DNA of 24,387 bases from Myxococcales bacterium (GTDB taxonomy: Bacteria; Myxococcota_A; UBA9042; JABWCM01; BTVJ01), in contig BTVJ01000103.1 of assembly GCA_045863395.1 (NCBI GenBank), positions 1-24,387 of the forward strand, in the 5' to 3' direction. Position numbers and translations under genes: made by a program. The notes below the pieces were generated by a model. The model was not told the origin of the DNA, made no database searches, and saw only the letters and a list, made by a program, of their open reading frames with translations. This document shows, in pieces, positions 20,427 through 24,387 of the stretch (within the stretch, counting starts at the first letter, position 1; each line of letters begins with the position of its first letter).

Positions 20427-20799
20427 GCGGCGTCACGTGGCGCCATCAGAGGTGTGGCCAAAGTGCCCCTGCTACACGCACGGTCGTGTCCTGCCTGGCT
20501 CGTTACAGGGCCTCCCACCGTGGGGACGAGTACCACCACGCAGCGCCCCCCCGTTTGGGGACCTGCTCTTTGCCATGCAGGTTCGGGCCCTCGCCACAGG
20601 CCACGCGGGGGACCTCCTCGTGGCGCGGGGCGTCCCCCTGGACGGATGGGTTCCCTACCGAGTCCCGCAGGTTCGTCGCGGCGCACGGGGCCAATCAGCC
20701 ATCGACGATCAGACCTGGCGGGGAGACCGTTGCCGCGCCCCACATTGGGGAGCGCTCCGGCAGAACTCCCGCCGAGCGCAGTGGTCACGGCGACGCCGC
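20427..20799 (+). ncRNA. Putative large structured non-coding RNA (~370 nt), family unrecognised
   Basis: The ends pair (GCGGCGTC 20427-34 with GACGCCGC 20792-99) and there are many internal helices. G-U pairs favour the + strand. A promoter lies just upstream and no frame gives a convincing protein. Confidence 0.6.
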
Positions 20800-20996
20800 A
20801 TCCGTCGGGCTGCGGGGGCCCGCACTGGGGGCGGGCGCTCGCGCGGTGGCTGGGCCCGTGCGTCCGCATCGTCGCCTGGCGCTCGATCCCCGTGCAGACC
20901 GTGCTCCGCTTGCTCGCCCTCATGTTCCTGGCGGGCGCCACGCTGGCCCTCTGCCGGCTACCCCGTCTGCTCACCCGGCGGGCATAGCGACTGCCG

Positions 20997-22790
20997 ATGG
21001 CCTCTCCGCCGACCGATCCGTGGCGCCGCTTTGGGCCACTCGCAGTCGCGGTGCTCTTCGCGCTTCTCGCCTGGTGGACCTGGGGAGCCTGGCCCGACGT
21101 GCTCGTCGACTTTGGCCGGGAGCTGTACGTCCCGTGGCAGCTCTCCGAGGGGGCGGTCCTGCACCGGGATCTCGCCTGGTTCAACGGCCCCCTGTCGCAG
21201 CACTTCAACGCCGCCATGTTCCGCCTCGCGGGCGCCTCGCTCTCGACCCTCGTCTGGACGAACCTGGTGCTCCTGGCGGCGCTCGTCGCCCTGTGGTGGA
21301 GTCTGCTGGCGCGGCTGGCCGGCGCGCTCGCTGCCACGGTCGCCTGCTGCGTCCTGCTCTGCGTCTTCGGCTTCGCCCAGCTCGTGGGGGTCGGCAACTA
21401 CAACTTCGTCACCCCCTACAGCCACGAGATCACCCACGGCCTGCTGCTCGGCACCGGGGCCCTGTGGGCGTCTGTGAGGTGGGACGGCTCGCGCGCGGTC
21501 CGCTGGGCTGCGGCCGCGGGCCTCCTGCTCGGGCTGTGCTTCCTGACGAAGGTGGAGGTCTTCCTGGCGAGCGCCCTCGGGGTGGCGACCGCCCTCGCCC
21601 TGGCGATCGCCGACCGTCAGCGGCCCGTGCGCGGACGTTCCCTCATCGTGGGCGCCCTGCTGGGGACCGCCGCGCTGCCGGTGGTCGTCGCGCTGGTCGC
21701 CTCGATGCCCTCCCTGGGGCTGGGCGGGGCGCTGCGGTCGGTGTTCGGCCCCTGGGCGCACGCGGTCGGCAGCGGCGCGAGCGACCTCGCCTTCTATCGC
21801 AGCGGCATGGGCATCGACGAGCCCGGCCAGCGCATGCTGGAGCTGCTCGCCTGGACGGTGGGGTGGGTCGCGCTGCTGGGGCCGCTCAGCCTCGCCGGCG
21901 AGGTGCTGCACCGGCGCGGCCTGTCGGCGCCGCTCCTCGCCGCGGTCGCCTTCGCGGTCGTCGCGGCGGTCCTGCTCGGGGTCGTCGCGCCCCTGAGGTG
22001 GCAGTCCGCCGCCCGGCCCCTGCCGCTGTTCATGGTCGCGGTGGCTGCCCACCAGTGGGTGGTGCTGCGTCGCGGCGACCCGCGCGAGGCGCCCGGTACA
22101 CGGGCGATCATCGCGCTCTGTGTGTTCGCGCTCGCCATGCTGCTCAAGATGTTGCTCCGCGCCCGGGTCTACAACTATGGCTTCGCCCTCGCTCTACCGG
22201 CGACCCTGGTGTGGGTGACCGCCCTCGTCGGGTGGTGGCCGCGCACGCTCTCCCGGCGCGCGGGGGCGGCGGCCGTGCTGCGCGCCGGCGCCCTGGCCGT
22301 CGTGCTGGTCGGCGTCGTGGCACAGCTCGGCACCACACGCGGCTTCCTGCACGCCAAGACCGTGGTCGTGGGCAGCGGCGGCGACTCGTTCCGCGCTGAC
22401 TCGCGCGGAGAGCTCGTCAATCATGCGCTCGAGACCATCGCCACCTTGGCCGAGCCCGGCGCGACCCTCGCCGTGCTCCCCGAGGGCGTGATGCTCAACT
22501 ACCTCTCCCGGCGCACGAACCCCACGCCCTACGTCATCTTCATGCCGCTGGAGCTGGTGCTCTTCGGAGAGGAGGCCATGGTCGCCCGCTTCGACGCCTC
22601 GCCGCCGGACTGGATCGTCCTCGTGCACAAGGACACGAGCGAGTATGGGTATCCGCTGTTTGGAGTGGACTATGCGGTGCAGCTCCGCGCCTGGGTCCGC
22701 GACCACTACGAGCCGGTGCGCCGCTTCGGGCAGGAGCCGCTCGTGCCGGGAACCGTGTTCGGTGTGCAGGTGCTGCGCCGCCGTATCTAG
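20997..22790 (+). CDS. Polytopic membrane protein, GT-C fold glycosyltransferase-like (ArnT/PMT family-like)
   Basis: First TM helix followed by an acidic loop (DVLVDFGRELY...LHRDLAWFNGPL), many TM segments including FLTKVE, and a C-terminal soluble domain (PEGVMLNYLS, PDWIVLV). Confidence 0.8.
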   Translation: MASPPTDPWRRFGPLAVAVLFALLAWWTWGAWPDVLVDFGRELYVPWQLSEGAVLHRDLAWFNGPLSQHFNAAMFRLAGASLSTLVWTNLVLLAALVALWWSLLARLAGALAATVACCVLLCVFGFAQLVGVGNYNFVTPYSHEITHGLLLGTGALWASVRWDGSRAVRWAAAAGLLLGLCFLTKVEVFLASALGVATALALAIADRQRPVRGRSLIVGALLGTAALPVVVALVASMPSLGLGGALRSVFGPWAHAVGSGASDLAFYRSGMGIDEPGQRMLELLAWTVGWVALLGPLSLAGEVLHRRGLSAPLLAAVAFAVVAAVLLGVVAPLRWQSAARPLPLFMVAVAAHQWVVLRRGDPREAPGTRAIIALCVFALAMLLKMLLRARVYNYGFALALPATLVWVTALVGWWPRTLSRRAGAAAVLRAGALAVVLVGVVAQLGTTRGFLHAKTVVVGSGGDSFRADSRGELVNHALETIATLAEPGATLAVLPEGVMLNYLSRRTNPTPYVIFMPLELVLFGEEAMVARFDASPPDWIVLVHKDTSEYGYPLFGVDYAVQLRAWVRDHYEPVRRFGQEPLVPGTVFGVQVLRRRI

Positions 22791-23070
22791 CTGAGAGCAG
22801 CTCGACGCCGACAGCAAGGACCGGCCTCACGCGGGTGACCGGCGCACCCTTGGACGCGAGTCGCGGGATCTGCGCAGGGACGCTCGGTGCTCTGGGCGGA
22901 CCCTCAGGGGCCTGAGGAGCTGGGGACATCAAGACGAAGGTTGCGCCGGAGTGCAGATTGCCGTAGTGGGTCTGACCTGGGTCCTTCGGGTCGCACCTTG
23001 GGGTGAACGACCGTGGGGTGTTCGCAACGTGACCGACTCGGGCGCGCAGCTCGCGCTGAGGCCAAAGAGG

Positions 23071-23445
23071 ATGAACAGCGAGCTCGACCTGGTGGGCACG
23101 GTGAAGCTGGTGCTGGTGGTCCTGATGTTCCTCGGCTTCATCTGGGCGTGGGTCCAGATCTCGAAGGCCGCCAAGGACAAGGAGCGTGTCCTGCGGGAAG
23201 GCAGGAGGGTGCTGTCCCGAATCGTCGCGCTGAGGGATGGGCCGGCGCGAAAGGGCAAGCAGACCGAGGTCATCCTGACCCTCGAGGTCGACGCGTCGCC
23301 GGAGCCCACGCAGCGGGCGCAGGCGTCGGTCTTCGTGGGGCCCGTGCAGTTGCGCGACGTGGTGGTCGGCGCGTCGGTCCATGCGATCATCGACCCGCGC
23401 GATCCCCAGAGGGTCATCGTCGAGATCGAGAGGGGAGTCGTGTAG
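23071..23445 (+). CDS. Small membrane-anchored hypothetical protein (DUF3592-like)
   Basis: N-terminal TM helix, then a beta-rich domain ending VGASVHAIIDPRDPQRV; GC-rich third codon positions. Confidence 0.7.
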   Translation: MNSELDLVGTVKLVLVVLMFLGFIWAWVQISKAAKDKERVLREGRRVLSRIVALRDGPARKGKQTEVILTLEVDASPEPTQRAQASVFVGPVQLRDVVVGASVHAIIDPRDPQRVIVEIERGVV

Positions 23446-23514
23446 CGGGGCACCACACAGATTCCGCAATCAACAGGCCGTGACGTGGAGCCAGCTTGGA
23501 GTAGCACACCCACA

Positions 23515-23937
23515 ATGGAAGGGCCGCTGCTGAGGGACGAAGAGGAGTACCCGAGCGAGGACGTGTTGGCGCGGTATCTCGGGGAGGCGAAGGCCGCCTG
23601 GGATGCCTTCACCGCCCGCCTCACCGCGGACTTCGCGGACGCCTCCCTCGAGTGGCACTTCTACAAAGACGGCAAGTCGTGGCTCGGCAAGGTCGTGCGC
23701 AAGAAGAAGACCGTCTGTTGGGTCTCGATCTGGGACCATGCCTTCCGGACGACGTTCTACTTCACCGCCAGGAGCGACGCGGAGATCGAACGATTGCCGA
23801 TCACTCAAGAGCTGAGGGACGCGTACAGCGTGCAGACCACCATCGGCAAGCTGAAGCCGGTCACCGTTGAGGTGAGGAGCAGGAAGGCGCTCGGAGATGT
23901 GTTCACGCTTCTCGGGTACAAGACCGGTTTGAGGTGA
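23515..23937 (+). CDS. DUF3788-family-like protein
   Basis: LRDEEEYPSEDVL..YLG, EWHFYKDGKSWL.K...KKKTVCW pattern. Start is ATG 23515 or GTG 23485. Confidence 0.8.
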   Translation: MEGPLLRDEEEYPSEDVLARYLGEAKAAWDAFTARLTADFADASLEWHFYKDGKSWLGKVVRKKKTVCWVSIWDHAFRTTFYFTARSDAEIERLPITQELRDAYSVQTTIGKLKPVTVEVRSRKALGDVFTLLGYKTGLR

Positions 23938-24236
23938 CGAGCCTGTCTACCACGGACGACGGCCCCGCACAGGGTCCCCGGCTGTACCGCGACCTGGCGG
24001 AATGCTATCCCCTTCCGACTCCAGCCGACTGCGCCGATGAGGCCGGTGTCTACCGGCGCCTGTTCGACATGATCGTCGGCATCGACTTCCGTGCGCCGCA
24101 GCCCTGGGCCTGTGACGGAGAGTGCCACGCGGAGACCTGCACCGGTGGCGCCGGCGAGCAATGCGACATGTTCGGGTGCACCAACATGCAGTGGACGTGC
24201 TCGTCCAACCAATGCATCAAGATCCCCTGGTACTGA
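23934..24236 (+). pseudogene. Probable chimeric remnant: methyltransferase-like N-terminus joined to a Cys-rich C-terminus
   Basis: PRLYRDLAECYPLPTPADCADEAGVYRRLF resembles the start of class I SAM methyltransferases, but no glycine-rich SAM motif follows. The rest is Cys-rich. GTG start overlaps the upstream TGA. Confidence 0.45.
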
Positions 24237-24256
24237 CGCGCTGGCGGCGCCCTGTG

Positions 24257-24387
24257 CTAGCGGCGCGCGGGCCCCTCCAGCGCCTCGATGATCGCCGGCC
24301 GGACGCGCGCCGCGGGGATGACCGCGTCCAGCGAGCCTACCTGGACCGCTCGCTGGACCGTGTGGATGCCGTCGAACTCCCGCGCCA
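24257..24387 (-). CDS. 3' end of a carboxyltransferase-domain protein, probably a multidomain fused acyl-CoA carboxylase (partial)
   Basis: Not in the ORF track. Manual translation gives AREFDGIHTVQRAVQVGSLDAVIPAARVRPAIIEALEGPARR*, which fits the C-terminal pattern I recall for fused biotin-dependent carboxylases. Confidence 0.7.
   Translation of the reverse strand, partial: AREFDGIHTVQRAVQVGSLDAVIPAARVRPAIIEALEGPARR

Noticed and set aside
20427..20799. Identification as RNase P RNA, tmRNA, SRP RNA, 6S RNA, a group I/II intron or a retron msr-msd
   Set aside because: Diagnostic conserved motifs were not found on either strand. There is no reverse transcriptase or maturase gene in the window, and the region is too long and branched for 6S.
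22791..24236. Integron cassette array, suggested by short co-oriented hypothetical genes, and hairpins at about 22940-23028
   Set aside because: No attC-type RYYYAAC/GTTRRRY boundaries and no integrase. The hairpins are short and expected by chance at this GC content.

Overview
High-GC bacterial window; the gene content suggests a Myxococcota/deltaproteobacterial genome (inference). From left to right it holds: an ABC-type ATPase plus TOPRIM-like (DUF4276-type) two-gene module, whose second gene is absent from the ORF track and seems cut by a TGT-ended mobile-element terminus at the window edge; a TetR plus ferritin-like diiron enzyme operon with two palindromic operators; an HExxH membrane protein; purT; a degenerate STAND-like/TPR gene split by one in-frame TGA; an M23 peptidase; an alpha/beta hydrolase; an acyl-CoA carboxylase beta/alpha pair; a GMC oxidoreductase fusion; a K+/H+ antiporter; a signal-peptide-bearing hemerythrin; a GT-C type membrane protein; several small hypothetical genes; and the 3' end of a fused acyl-CoA carboxylase. 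The most striking unexplained element is an apparently non-coding stretch of about 370 nt (20427-20799). It has its own sigma70-like promoter, paired 5' and 3' ends, many nested helices and a possible pseudoknot, and it matches no RNA family I recognise. It is a candidate novel large structured ncRNA.
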